From: Reclinomonas americana ATCC 50394
Lineage: Eukaryota
DNA: 41,866 nucleotides
Direction of reading: 5' to 3'
Assembly (NCBI GenBank): GCA_048213135.1
Contig: PS015373.1
Location: forward strand, 15,645-57,510
Shown: in pieces, positions 12,668-23,500 of the stretch
How the letters are laid out: the number at the start of each line of letters is the position of its first letter
How positions within the stretch are numbered: position 1 is the first letter of the stretch
Program-made: the position numbers and the translations under genes
Notes under the pieces: generated by a model
What the model was told of the DNA's origin: nothing
What the model saw: only the letters and a program-made list of their open reading frames with translations
Databases searched by the model: none

Positions 12668-15600
12668 GCCAATGACGGGGAATGTGCATCAGTTTTTTCT
12701 TGCTGGTTCTTCTTCACCACATGTTCGCACTTTACAATGTCTTCCATCTGTCGCCGTTCATTACCACTGTGCTCGATTACTGACTCCTCCTCCCACCCTT
12801 TGTCCCAGTCTCCGACGCGATGAGCAGATGCGTAGCGGTGAGTGTGCGACGGGAACGACTTGCTCGCACCGCGCTTCAACATCACCACGCCGCGAGTTTC
12901 TCACAAGCGATTGCAAGCGCAACTGGTGCCGTTGCTCTGGACGACGGGAACCGGTACCGCAAATATGCCACCCTTGTTGAGTCGCGAGAAGCACTGGCAG
13001 CTGCTGAAGCGGCATGTGGTAGTCGACCGCAGATCACAGAATTTGCACGGGCAGCCCATTCAACGGCAGCCGATCTGTCACGCTCAGCCACGTGTGATGT
13101 GGAGTCATTTGAGGAGTGCATGTATGCAGCGGAGAATGCGCTCGACGATGCTGCGTCTGAATTCATTTCTGTCGCCGTTCACACCGCCCGACAGTTTTGT
13201 CAGTCGCGACCGTCATCAGCTGGTGACGGTTCTGCCACATCAGCAGCGCCTCCGACGCCGCCGTCGTCTCAGCATGGTGTGCTGATGGAGAAAATCGCTG
13301 CCTCCAACATGCGGCTTGCGAAGCCGTCGCCAATGCAGGCACATCTCACTGCCGCCGGATTTGTCGACTACTTGCTGTGCACGGTCGTTGGAGTCCAGCA
13401 CGGATCAGACGGCGCAGCAGATGCAATGTACCACGAGCACGTACGGCTTGGATTGGAACGGTCACTGCGAGCGGCACTGTCGCATCGACCGCTGAACGCC
13501 ATCATCCCTGCCGGTTTGTGTTGACTCGGTGTATATATGTTGTTGCTTGCCTCTGCAACTAATAACATCATCATTTTTTGTTGCCAGAGCTGCTGGCGGA
13601 AGTTGCCAATGGTGGTGACGACTATGGCTCTTCGTTGCCTTGCAAGCTGCTGCGACAGCAACTTCCTGCGATTAACAGGCTTGTGCTGTTCGCCAATCTT
13701 CTGCGCCGACAGCTCCGGTACAAGTTCCGCACTCTTGTGCTTGCCGCCAAGAGCATAGCAGATCCAGTGGCGGACATCGACTTGTGCTGGTTGACCTACT
13801 TGGATGCACTGGCGAGCATCGTGCCGTGTACTCTGTCGGTCGACGGTGTCGTGCGCGTGACAAGTGGAGGAGTGTCAGCGCATTTGCAGATGCTGGCACG
13901 AGATGGCGAGAGGAACTCGAACGCATTCTCTCTCGGCTCGTTGTGTGATGAAACGACGACCATCGCACGCGAGCTGCTGCGCGTGAGAAACCTGCTCGAC
14001 AGCTGCATCCTATCCTTTTCGACATGTACATCTGGATCCACTGCGTCAAACGGAGATACTGGTGCAGCAGCAGGGTCTTCTCTGCATCTGTCGGTGTCGT
14101 ATCTGCGAGGACTGTTGTCGCGCATTCGATGTGATCAATCACATGTACAGCCAATGCATGTCGATGATGCCGACACCGACGATGCTGGTCATGCCAGTGC
14201 AGCAGGTGTTGGTGGAGGTGAGACTGGTGTTGTCGTCACTTGTTGTGCATGTATCGATCACTGTTGCATGCATCGGTCTACCACCAGCGGTGTACTTATT
14301 CATCGTCTCTCTGCAGTCACTGCAACAACTCAAGCCACGTCGACAAGCAGTGCACGCATGCGTGCGACGGCGGCTGCCGGTGGCGTTGGCGATTGTGATC
14401 ACAGACTTGACCGTGATGGGAGGTCACGTGGTGACCGAGGTGTGTATCACATTTGTGGATCGTGCGCTGCGCACAGCTTGTTTGTTTGTTGACACACTAT
14501 CTTTTTTTGATTCGCTCGCAGTTGCGAGAGACGACAGTGGTGGTGGTAGCGGTGATGATGGGCGCCAGCTGCACATTTCCGCCGTCGATTTGATGTTCTT
14601 CTTGCACGACGACTTGCCTCGGCTGTGGGTGGCCCTCCTGGGCGACACCACTGCGGATCCAGATGCTGATGCAGTCCAGCTCAACAAGCTCAGTCTGGAC
14701 ATCGATTCTGAGGAGAGACAGCACGTGGTTCACGCCTTTCGCCGCGTTCAGTGGGCTGTGCTTGGCGGCGCTGGGACACAATTTTGGAACTCTCCTCTTT
14801 CTACTGCCACCAACAGTGACGGTGAGCGCACCATATAGTGTGCTTGGTCAGTTGTTGGTTGCATGCATTGCTCATCAGAATGCACCTCTAGATGGCGCTG
14901 CAGATGGTTGTGCCTCCAGTTCCATGGCATCGGCAATGCGCGACCATCATGCTGCAGACATCGAGGACTTTATGGATGGCGTCAACGCACTGTGTGATCG
15001 ACTGCATGCGCAGTCGTCGGCGCCAGCTGCGGCGGCAGATTCACTACTATCGACTGCTGCGGCATCGCAGATGCCATCTCGGTCATCGACGACTGTTGAC
15101 GCGTACCGAGCCTGTGCACTGGTGACTCGAAGGCTTGCCGTTACACTGAGCAAGGCGGCACATGATGCAATGCGATCACTAGAAAGAACTGGTCCGTGTG
15201 ACTGACCGCCAATGGCAAGCTGATTGTGTTTGTGCTGACTGTGGCGCTGACCTTCTCATTGCACAGAATTTGGCGATCGATTCAAGTGCTGGAAGCAACC
15301 GGCCGCGGCATCACAAGAGGTTCTGCAAGCTGACGCAGTGGCGGCAGCTCAATCAGATGGCGACATAGGCACGCTGTACATGTGGCTTTGGAGACCTGAA
15401 CTGATCGCACACTCCCATTTCACCGTGCGAGCGGCGATGGACGCTGCTGCTGCATCCACCTTGCCACCATCAGTGTGCGACTGGACGCTGCAGGAATATC
15501 TGTGCACGGTTGCGGCAATCGTCGATTCACAATTCATGCTCATGCCAGATGGTGGTGGTGATGGTGGTGGAGTCGAGGAGAAGGAATGGCTGACCTCAGC

Positions 15601-16156
15601 ACCTGCTGATGACATGCTGCCACTAGTACTTCCACCGGCTCGAATAATTGACTGCGACGGCATCGTGCTGACGACGGCACGTGCTTATCTTGTGGGAGTC
15701 GAGAACGACATCGATGCGTGTGGGAGTCGAGACGGCGTCACGGTGTGCGCACTGCCGCCCTGTACTCAGAATGAGGATGACAAACAGGTTGCTATTACGC
15801 GCCTTCGAAACTCCTATGACCGCTTGTTTCGGATGTGGACAACACATCGTCTGCAATTGGGACCGGCGTCCTTGCTGCAGCGCATGCAGCCACGTTCCGC
15901 ATCGGTGGCCACGACTGCTGCCGCTCTACCACCATCGCCTGATGTTTCTGTTATTATCGATGGAAGTCGAATAACTGTACAAGTTCATGCCGCGGCTGAG
16001 GGTGAGGGTGAGGGTGACGGTGGCGGTGACGGCGATCATGAGGGTGAGGCGTCCTTGGTGCAGCACATGCAGCCGCGTTCCGCATCGCCTGATGTTTCTG
16101 TTATTTTCGATGACGCTCGAAAAGTTCATGCCGCGCGCGCGGCTGAGGGTGAGCTC

Positions 16157-16187
<31 letters not shown>

Positions 16188-19100
16188 ACGGTGACGGTGA
16201 CGGTGACGGTGTTCATGAGGGTGAGGGTGCCGGTGGTGCACCACGACGCGATAATTGTTATATGATACGCGAGTCGCTTGGGAGACTGGCGGATGTGTGC
16301 TCTGTGTTCATCGACAAGGCGTCAAGTCGTTTACACGACACGGGCACCGACACTCAACTGCAATCCGGCGGATCCACTGCGGAGTGTGGTTCCACCGCTA
16401 CTGAGCGCATGCGGTTGCGCTCTCGTGTCACCGACTCTGATCATGATCAGCAATTTGCGCTGCGAGTGCTTCTACCTGAGGCCGGTTGGCTCGCATGCTC
16501 ATCAGTGTTGGTGCGCACCGCACATCAACTTGCGCCACTCTTCTCTGCTGCGGCGGGTCATGAAACGTCGACACTGTTTGCTGCTGAGGAGGAGAAGTCT
16601 AGTGCGCTGCTGGATGCACTGCTGACGTCGGGTGCCAGCTGCGACATTGATCACCGCCACCGTATCTTGAACTGTGGCGGCCGCGGTGCCGAATGCACCA
16701 GGTGCATGCTGAGGACGAAGATTGACGGGTTCACGGCCGAAAAAACAGCGTTGAAGGCGTTATCAGATCACATCAGGATACTTGATGCTATAGCATGTTG
16801 CGTCGTGCATCACCACAAGGAAAAGAGAAGGGCAGACAGATAATAGTTTTTTTCAGGGAGCATGACAGATCTAGAGTCATGCATTCTGAGACCGAGGGAT
16901 GTCTCACCCAACTGTAATGCTTGTTGCAGGCGCTGTGCAATCGGAACGCAGTACTGCATTGCTGCTTGGCAGGCAAGACGCCCTCGGCGTGAGCGTACAG
17001 GCCGCAGCTGCAGGACACAGACACTTGCTGCCGGCACACGGCAATTGCAATGTCACCAACCAACACCCTCTGGATTTGCGACATGCGAGACTCATGCATA
17101 TGGAAGAGGGTAAGTGTGTAAGTAGAATGGGTTTCCTCTCACGGTAGTTGCTGTACTGTTGTCAGCGTGAGCACGCTCTGCTGTCGCCTCGCACTCTTCA
17201 GTGCGTTGAGCACTTAACTATGTATTTTTCTCCGTGATTGCATTCTAGTTTTCTGTTCCGGTCGCTTGCTGCACTTCCTTGTGTCGTCTCTGCAGCTTCC
17301 ATGTGTGGGGTGGAGTCAATAATAATTCTCTCGTCGCCCTCTTTTCTGGTGTCCCTCTTCCTGCAATGCTCGTTGCAACTGACAGTACGCATCATGATCA
17401 GTTCACGAATCGCTGCTGCGATACACGAACAGTTTGAGCTCGAGCATTTTGACACCAGTGCACTGGTGCACTGGTAATCGTCAGCTAGAAGTTGTGCATT
17501 CTCTTGAACAGCGTTTAGTTGCAGAAAGAAAGCACATGAGATTTGCTGGCGATCTCTGGTACGCTGCGATGATTCTCATTGCTGTGGACGGATCAGAGCG
17601 AGTTTGTTTTCCACGTGCACATCCGTTGTCATCAGTTCTGTGGGTTGTTCTGTGGGTTGCGTGCTCAGCATCTCCCTCTCTCTCTCGCTCTCTTCTCGCT
17701 CCCTATCGATGGACTGCCTTTCGCACCGCCTCTCTGTTAGCTGAATCATTCTACTTGCGCAGTCACGAAGCCGACGAGCGTGGTGGCAGGCCTGCGGCAT
17801 GTTGCCTTCACGCAGTCCGAGCAACTCATCCGGTACCTCGTTACTACCAGAAACGAGCACCGCGGCCGGTACCGGGCTGCACATACACGTGGTGGCGCCG
17901 AGGATGACCGCGATGGCCACGCTGACAGCAACAGTGGTGTTGACCCAGCGAAGCCACCTGCCATGCTCGCGTCGATGCCGCCGATCGCGACGTCGATTTC
18001 AATGGAGCCAAAAACCGATCATCAACACTACTTCGGGGCGAGGCGGTCGTGTCGAAGATATGGTGAGACTATCAACAATGAGCGAGTACGGTTGCGATCA
18101 CTTTGCTCATTGTCCTCATGTCCCAGAGTTGCTGAGGGCACGGCGGGGTCTCATTTCCATGGTAACGTGGCTTCGCAATCATCATTCCGTCCGTGCTGAG
18201 GTGTCGCCTGCAGCCGCGCTTTCGGGCGGTAGTCGAAGGCAGCGGCGAGGTCGTCGACACCGGCGACACGGCGGCGGTGGTGGTGGTGGTGGTGGTGAAC
18301 CTGCTCCTGTTGCCGATCCCGGTGCTGCTGCTCCTTCTGCTGCTCCTACTGATGCAGCCACTGGTGCTGGTGCTGCTCCTGCTCCAGTTGTTGTCACTGG
18401 TGCTGCTGCTGCCGCTGTTGCTGCCGCAATTGCTTCCGCTGTTGCTGCCGCCGCTGCAGGTGCTGCTGCTGGTTCCACCACTGGTGCCGTTGCTGCAGCT
18501 GGCGGCGACGACGACGACGATGATGATGGTGGTGATGTCCACATGCACGCGCCTGACTGCAGCAGCGATGATGGCAGTGGCGACGACCATGGAATCATGC
18601 ACGTCGATGGCAATGGTGATGGCGGTCGGCTTCTCGATCGGGGTGTCCCCGTTGCTCTTATTGTGGACTGTGATGGTGGGAGTGAGAGTGGTTCAGCAGC
18701 TGCTGATGTCATGCACGTTGATGGTGATGGTGATGGTTGTGGTGGTGGCGCACCGCACATGTTCATGCATGACGACGTACACACGCACACCGAAGAGAGA
18801 GTTGAAGGCAATGCTGGTGCCGATGGATACGGTGACTGTGGTGGTACCGGTGACAGTGGCGCCGGCTGTGGCGTTGGTGATCTGACCGTGGTGCCCGGGC
18901 CCGCCGGCATTGAGGAGGGTGGTAAGAAGGGTGCAAGTGCATCGGCTTCTCCGGCGACTGAGCACTGCCCCTGCTGCTGTTCGTGCACGTGGATGAGCGT
19001 GTTCAAGGATTCCGACTGTCTGGTTTGCGGGCTACCATTCACAGAGTGCCGTGGGAGGCATTCACGAGTGGAGAAAGCCTGTGGGGTGTGGAAGACTACG

Positions 19101-20440
19101 GACGAATCGAGATGCTTATGTGGGCTCGACAAGGGTATTCGTTGCTATGTATCCGTGGCCACCGCTGGTGAGTTCAATTGCACTGCTCTCTTTCTCCCTT
19201 CCTCTCTCTGCATTTTGTTATCTGTGTCGAGTTTCCCCATGGCTACCACCGACTTCCTCACTGTTCGTCTCTTTTTCTTTCTCTTTTGTGTCTCTACAAC
19301 CTCACACAACCTGCCGTTGTGTATATTGATATTCATGTCCCATTCCACTCTGCAGGCGGCAATGTCGGCCGGTGGGAGATTGTTTATTTTGGTGACGGAT
19401 TCGCCGAGAAGTGCATTCTTCCCGTGCTGCGTCAGCAGGCTCGGTTGCGACGCATTCTTGGTGATTTCGGAGGTCTCGTTGACAAGGGTGTTCGCAAAAA
19501 ATACGAGCGTCGACTGGCGAACACCACCCGCAAACTGAGAGCGAAGCGCTACAACAATGCGCGCAACTTTGTGGACCAGTTGCGTAACAGTCGTTGCTCC
19601 ATCCTGTTGCTGTTGACGTCTGCGGGTACTGACGCGCTGTGCATGTGCGCGCACGTGAAATAATGCAGGGTGGTGGTCGTCCACGCTGTGGTGGCGGATC
19701 CCAACTTCTCTGCCTCGATTTCAGACATGTCGCAGCGAAAGAAGTTCGTCGCAGTCGGCGACGATGGGCTGGCGGTGTTGGAGCGACTGCTCAGTGTCGA
19801 CAACGTGATGAAACTGCAGTACTCTGGATTCGGCGACCAACGACGTGACATGAAGTCAGTGGTGCGTGCGTCTCCTCCTTGCTAGCAGGCCGATATCGAT
19901 CGCAGCAAGCGGCACTTACCCACGCAAGCACGCTCTCTCTCCTTCTGCGCGCGATCGCTTGCAGGAAGCCAAGGCACGAGTGTGTGCACAGCACGATGCG
20001 TCGTTTGCTAGATGGGTGCGGAGGGAGGTCAGCGAGGCCGGCTCAACTTCCCGCTGCGTAGCGTGCGGCAGGTGGCGCAAGGCTGGCCCGAAAAAGGAAC
20101 TCGTCTGCAGCAACACCGAATGCCCGTTGCACAACGCACCCGTGCCTCGCGACGGAAGCTCCGGTTTTACCATCGCACTGCACAGTCTGAAGGTGGTGGA
20201 TGTGTCGCGCCTGGTGGAGGAGAAGAAGGACGATGATGCCGACAAGGGCGGCAAGAAGGGTGGCCTCGGTGGCAAGAAGGGTGGCCCCGGTGGCAAGAAG
20301 GGTGGCCCCGGTGGCAAGAAGGGCAGCAAGACGGGTGGCACGGTGGGCAAGAAGAGTGGCAAGACCGTTGGAGGGAGGAAGCGTGAGCGCCCTCTGTCGT
20401 CGGAATCAGCATCTGACTCCGATCCATCAGAGAAGGATTC
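4221..20440 (+). CDS. Fanzor2: Giant multi-exon Fanzor2 (IS607 TnpB-like) protein, about 3,800 aa, 3' end in gap
   Basis: Phase-compatible GT-AG exon chain: 4221-4496, 4601-4739, 4900-5146, 5226-5627, 5707-5799, 5884-6147, 6231-6458, 6552-6737, 6806-7036, 7116-7352, 7424-7848, 7973-8125, 8196-8372, 8483-8602, 8688-8913, 9022-(gap)-9804, 9886-(gap)-10416, 10506-10799, 10895-11032, 11121-11444, 11529-12206, 12809-13513, 13588-14217, 14317-14439, 14522-14821, 14892-15191, 15267-16631, 16930-17109, 17763-18062, 18127-19167, 19356-19578, 19669-19861, 19965-20440+. It needs one extra base in the G10 run at 6367-6376 and continuity across two N gaps. Confidence 0.72.
7622..8913 (+). CDS. WED/REC-like N-terminal module of the Fanzor2 protein (sub-region)
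   Basis: Ordered motifs resembling IS607-TnpB/Fanzor2 N-termini: VVAARIANESQRTICGFWRNAC (cf. RixPxxeQkxxLxxW), LRVFPTTLKTIAARRY (cf. vPxxikxxA, 7986-8009), ISKFRASSRKKCVWIQVD (cf. kFRSrKxxxxxxi, 8218-8265), then beta-strand-like exons. Matched from memory of the family, not by alignment. Confidence 0.6.
9562..9619 (+). repeat. (CCA)n coding repeat (poly-Pro)
   Basis: About 19 Pro codons inside an exon of the giant gene. Confidence 0.95.
12466..12668. repeat. Intronic (GTT)n microsatellites
   Basis: GTT tracts at about 12466-12512 and 12630-12668 in the 602-nt intron 12207-12808. Confidence 0.9.
15865..16226 (+). repeat. In-frame direct duplication of ~180 bp within an exon
   Basis: Copies 15865-16047 and 16048-16226, both ASLxQxMQPRSAS..PDVSVIxD..VHAA..EGEGEGDG..HEGE. 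Confidence 0.9.
19110..20190 (+). CDS. RuvC nuclease plus C4 zinc finger of the Fanzor2 protein (sub-region, 4 exons)
   Basis: Spliced product CGLDKGIRCYV...EIVYFGDG...LRQQARLRRIL...RKLRAKRYNNARNFVDQ...VVADPNF...DMSQRKK...VEAKA...EVSEAGSTSRCVACG...LVCSNTEC...PRDGSSGFTIAL. RuvC-I Asp 19128-19130, alternative Glu 20034-20036, Cys at 20055/20064/20106/20121, RuvC-III Asp 20151-20153. Introns 19168-19355, 19579-19668 and 19862-19964. Confidence 0.9.
20247..20322 (+). repeat. 21-bp coding tandem repeat (GGKKGGP/L) in the Fanzor C-terminal tail
   Basis: ggtggcaagaagggtggcccc, about 3.5 copies, followed by the basic stretch GGRKRERP. Confidence 0.9.
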
Positions 20441-20593
20441 NNNNNNNNNNNNNNNNNNNNNNNNNNNNNNNNNNNNNNNNNNNNNNNNNNNNNNNNNNNN
20501 NNNNNNNNNNNNNNNNNNNNNNNNNNNNNNNNNNNNNNNNNNNNNNNNNNNNNNNNNNNNNNNNNNNNNNNNNNNNNNNNNNNNNNNNNNNNN

Positions 20594-23500
20594 AGCAGCC
20601 ACGTCGTCGATCACGCTCCCTCCATCGCAACAAAGACGACGATCGGCAGTGGAAGGCGTGGATCGAGAGCGAAGAAGATCGACTGGGAACTCGTCGTCAT
20701 TACGATGACGACGACGACGATGACGACGATGATTACGATGATGATGATGATGGCAGTGATCGCCGTGATGGAGCAAGCGACTTTGATGATGGCGACGATG
20801 ACGATGATGATGAGGGCAGTGATGGTCGGCGATTTCGTCGGCTGTCGGCGACACTGGGACGAGTGTCGTGGGACGCCAGCGAACCCGATGAGTACGCCAG
20901 GAGGAGAACATCGCGTCGGCGATCGTCGGCAGTGCCGGAGTTGCCGTCGTCGCGGGGTGGCAAGCGAGGAGGAGGAGCGAGAGGGCGAGAGAGCGAGTGG
21001 ATGCAGGCAGTGAGCCAGGAGATTGCCAAGGCGCGCGCGGATATGCATCTCACCATCTCGCGCCTCAGCAACGTGAATGCCGAGTTGAGGGAGCAGCAGG
21101 CGGCCGCTGATCATACGGTGGCGCAGTTGCGGTCGGAGCTGGCCGACCGAATGGGGGAGGTGTCGGCGCTGAAGGAGCAGTTGTCGCGGCGGGCGCCCAG
21201 CGAGGAACTGACGAACAAGGGTTCGATGGTCGTGCGAGCGGGAGTGGTGGTGTGTGTTGCTTTAGTTGACTGTTTGCCGCGCAGTTGTCGACTTGCAGCG
21301 GGAGCTGCGGCAGCGTGATCAGCACCTGCAAGACACCGTCTCCAAACTTCAACACATGACGCACCAGTATCGACAGGCCGACGACGACAAGCAGATTGTG
21401 CAGAAACGATTACGTGAGGCGCAGGAAGTGATGGAGACGCTGCGGCAAGGTGTGCATCTCTGTCTCTCTCTGTGTACTTTGCCGGTTGGTTAACGACAGG
21501 TGTGATTTGCAGAAAAGGAGACGCAGCTGATCACCGTGCAGCGCTCGTACGAAACGAGAGTCGCCGAGCTGCAGAGCGGACTGAGTGAGCAAATGGCGAT
21601 TTGTACGCGCCAAGAGCTCGAGTTGAAACAGGCACGATCGCAGCTGGCCGGCACCAATTCGCTGCAGAAACAGTATGCGCTGGCGCAGGCACAGTGGGGC
21701 GTTCGGTGGGTTTCTGTGACAAACGCCAGTGTGGCCTGTGATGGGTGCTGTCTCACATTGCAGGCGACGCGTGCAACAGAGAAAAGGAAAATGAGGAGCA
21801 CATTAATGCGCTGCAGCACGAGCTGAAGCAACTGGCGGTGCAGAAAGATCAAGAACTGCGCGACGTTCGAATCTCGCTGGGTGCCGAGGTGGAGGCGGCG
21901 CGCAAGGATGCCGAGCGTCGGTTCGACATGCTCACATGCGTCTCCGCCAGCACAAAACGACGTTGGTTTTCTCATCTTCTATCCCATGTCGTGCGATGTG
22001 ATGCAGGGTGCGGGTGGCCGAGGAAATGCTGCAGCAGGGCACATTGCGTGCCGAGCAACGCGTGCGGGAGGTGGAGCTTCGTGTGCGCAAGGAGGCCACC
22101 AAGATCCAGTCGCTGGTCACGAAATTCAAGGGCAAGGAGGAGGAGCTGTTGGCGCTCAAGGAGGAGCGTGTGCGTCTGGAGCGGCAGGCGTCGAGCATGG
22201 AACGCGACGCACGGGCAGCAAAGAAAACCATTGCCGAGTTGCAGACGGAGCTGGACGAAGCAAGCAAGGTACGCGCACGCGTGTGTGTGCGTGTGCGTCC
22301 TCATTTGTTGACACTCGGTGCAGAAATGTGCAGAGGAAAGTCGCGAGGCAGAAAACTGCCGGACACGTGCGCGCCAGGCTGAGTCGCAGCTCGAACTGGT
22401 GCGCGAGCGTGACAACAGCCGGCTGGCGCAGTTGCAAGAACAGGCGGCCAATGCCACTCGCGAGTTGCAGGTGGCCAACGAGCACGCCGCGCAGCACCTG
22501 GCCGAACTGCAGCGGGAACACGAAACACGGACGCGCGACCTCACCGCCTCGTACGAGCACCGTTTGGAGGAGTCAGCGCAGCGCGAACAGACTGCATTGT
22601 CGCGCGCCAAGCGCGCCGAGCGGCGACTGAAGACGCTTGAGGTGTGTTTTGCCACGCGTGTTTGTGTGGTTTCCTCATCTCAACGTCTTATCCCACGCCC
22701 CGTGACAGTCACAACTAAAGGAGGCCGAAGAGGAGCAGGCGCGCAAGCAGCAGCTGATTGACGAGGACCGCGTCTCACATCGGCAAGTGGTGGAAGGCAT
22801 GAAGCAGCGACTCAACGAGGCCCAGTCACGCATCCAGACACTGGAGGAGGACTTGCGCACCGCCGAGGCCAACCTGGAGGAGGCGGAGACGTGGAGGCGA
22901 CAAGTGAAGGAGCGGCAACAGAGCGAGGAGCGTGCGCAGCGCGAATTGCAGCGCTTGCAACTGGAGTTGACACGCACTGTGGAGGCTGGCGAGGCGTTGC
23001 AGGCGCAGCTGGCGAACGCCGACAGGTATGCGGACTCTGTCATCGCGCAAGTATTTTGACGATTCACTTACATGTGACTGGCAGTCGCATCAAGGAGTTG
23101 GAGCAGGCGCTGGCGCACGAGACCAAGCTTCGCGGTGAGGTCGCGCGCAAGAACACGGAGCTGGGCACGCGGTGCTTGCGGGTACGCGGCGTTTTTATCG
23201 CTTGAGGTGGGTGACATGCTCACCGCACCGAAAATTATAACGTGCAGGCGGAGGAGAAGGCGCAAGAGGCTGCACTCGTTCTGGAGGCGTTGCTCAGCGA
23301 GACACGCAGCCATGCATCGCCAGTTGCGTCCATCGCAATCGATGTTGACGCGGACAAATACTGATCTCCCTCGCCTTGTGCAGGCCTTCCTCAAATCGTC
23401 GCTTCTCCTAAAGGAGCTCATGCCACCCACCGAGCCAGTGTCGGTACTGGTGGGAGAGCCGCCCACCTCCAAAGTCACGTCTGTCAAGAGTGAGGCAGCT

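Noticed and set aside
12244-12980. Poly-Leu/Val/Thr/Asn ORFs in the ORF track
   Set aside because: Artefacts of intronic GTT microsatellites.
17060-17109. HPLDLRHARL resembling a tyrosine-recombinase HxLRH motif
   Set aside because: No first Arg motif and no downstream LGH...Y catalytic motif found; it lies inside the Fanzor insertion.
16640-17109. Alternative splice (donor 16702) giving a CCCH-like string CRTQT...C...CETH
   Set aside because: That frame ends in phase 2 and hits a stop at about 17905 in the next exon, whereas the phase-1 reading stays open to RuvC. Not fully excluded without cDNA.
18072-19132. Long overlapping ORFs on the reverse strand and in alternative frames
   Set aside because: Shadow ORFs of GC-rich low-complexity coding sequence.
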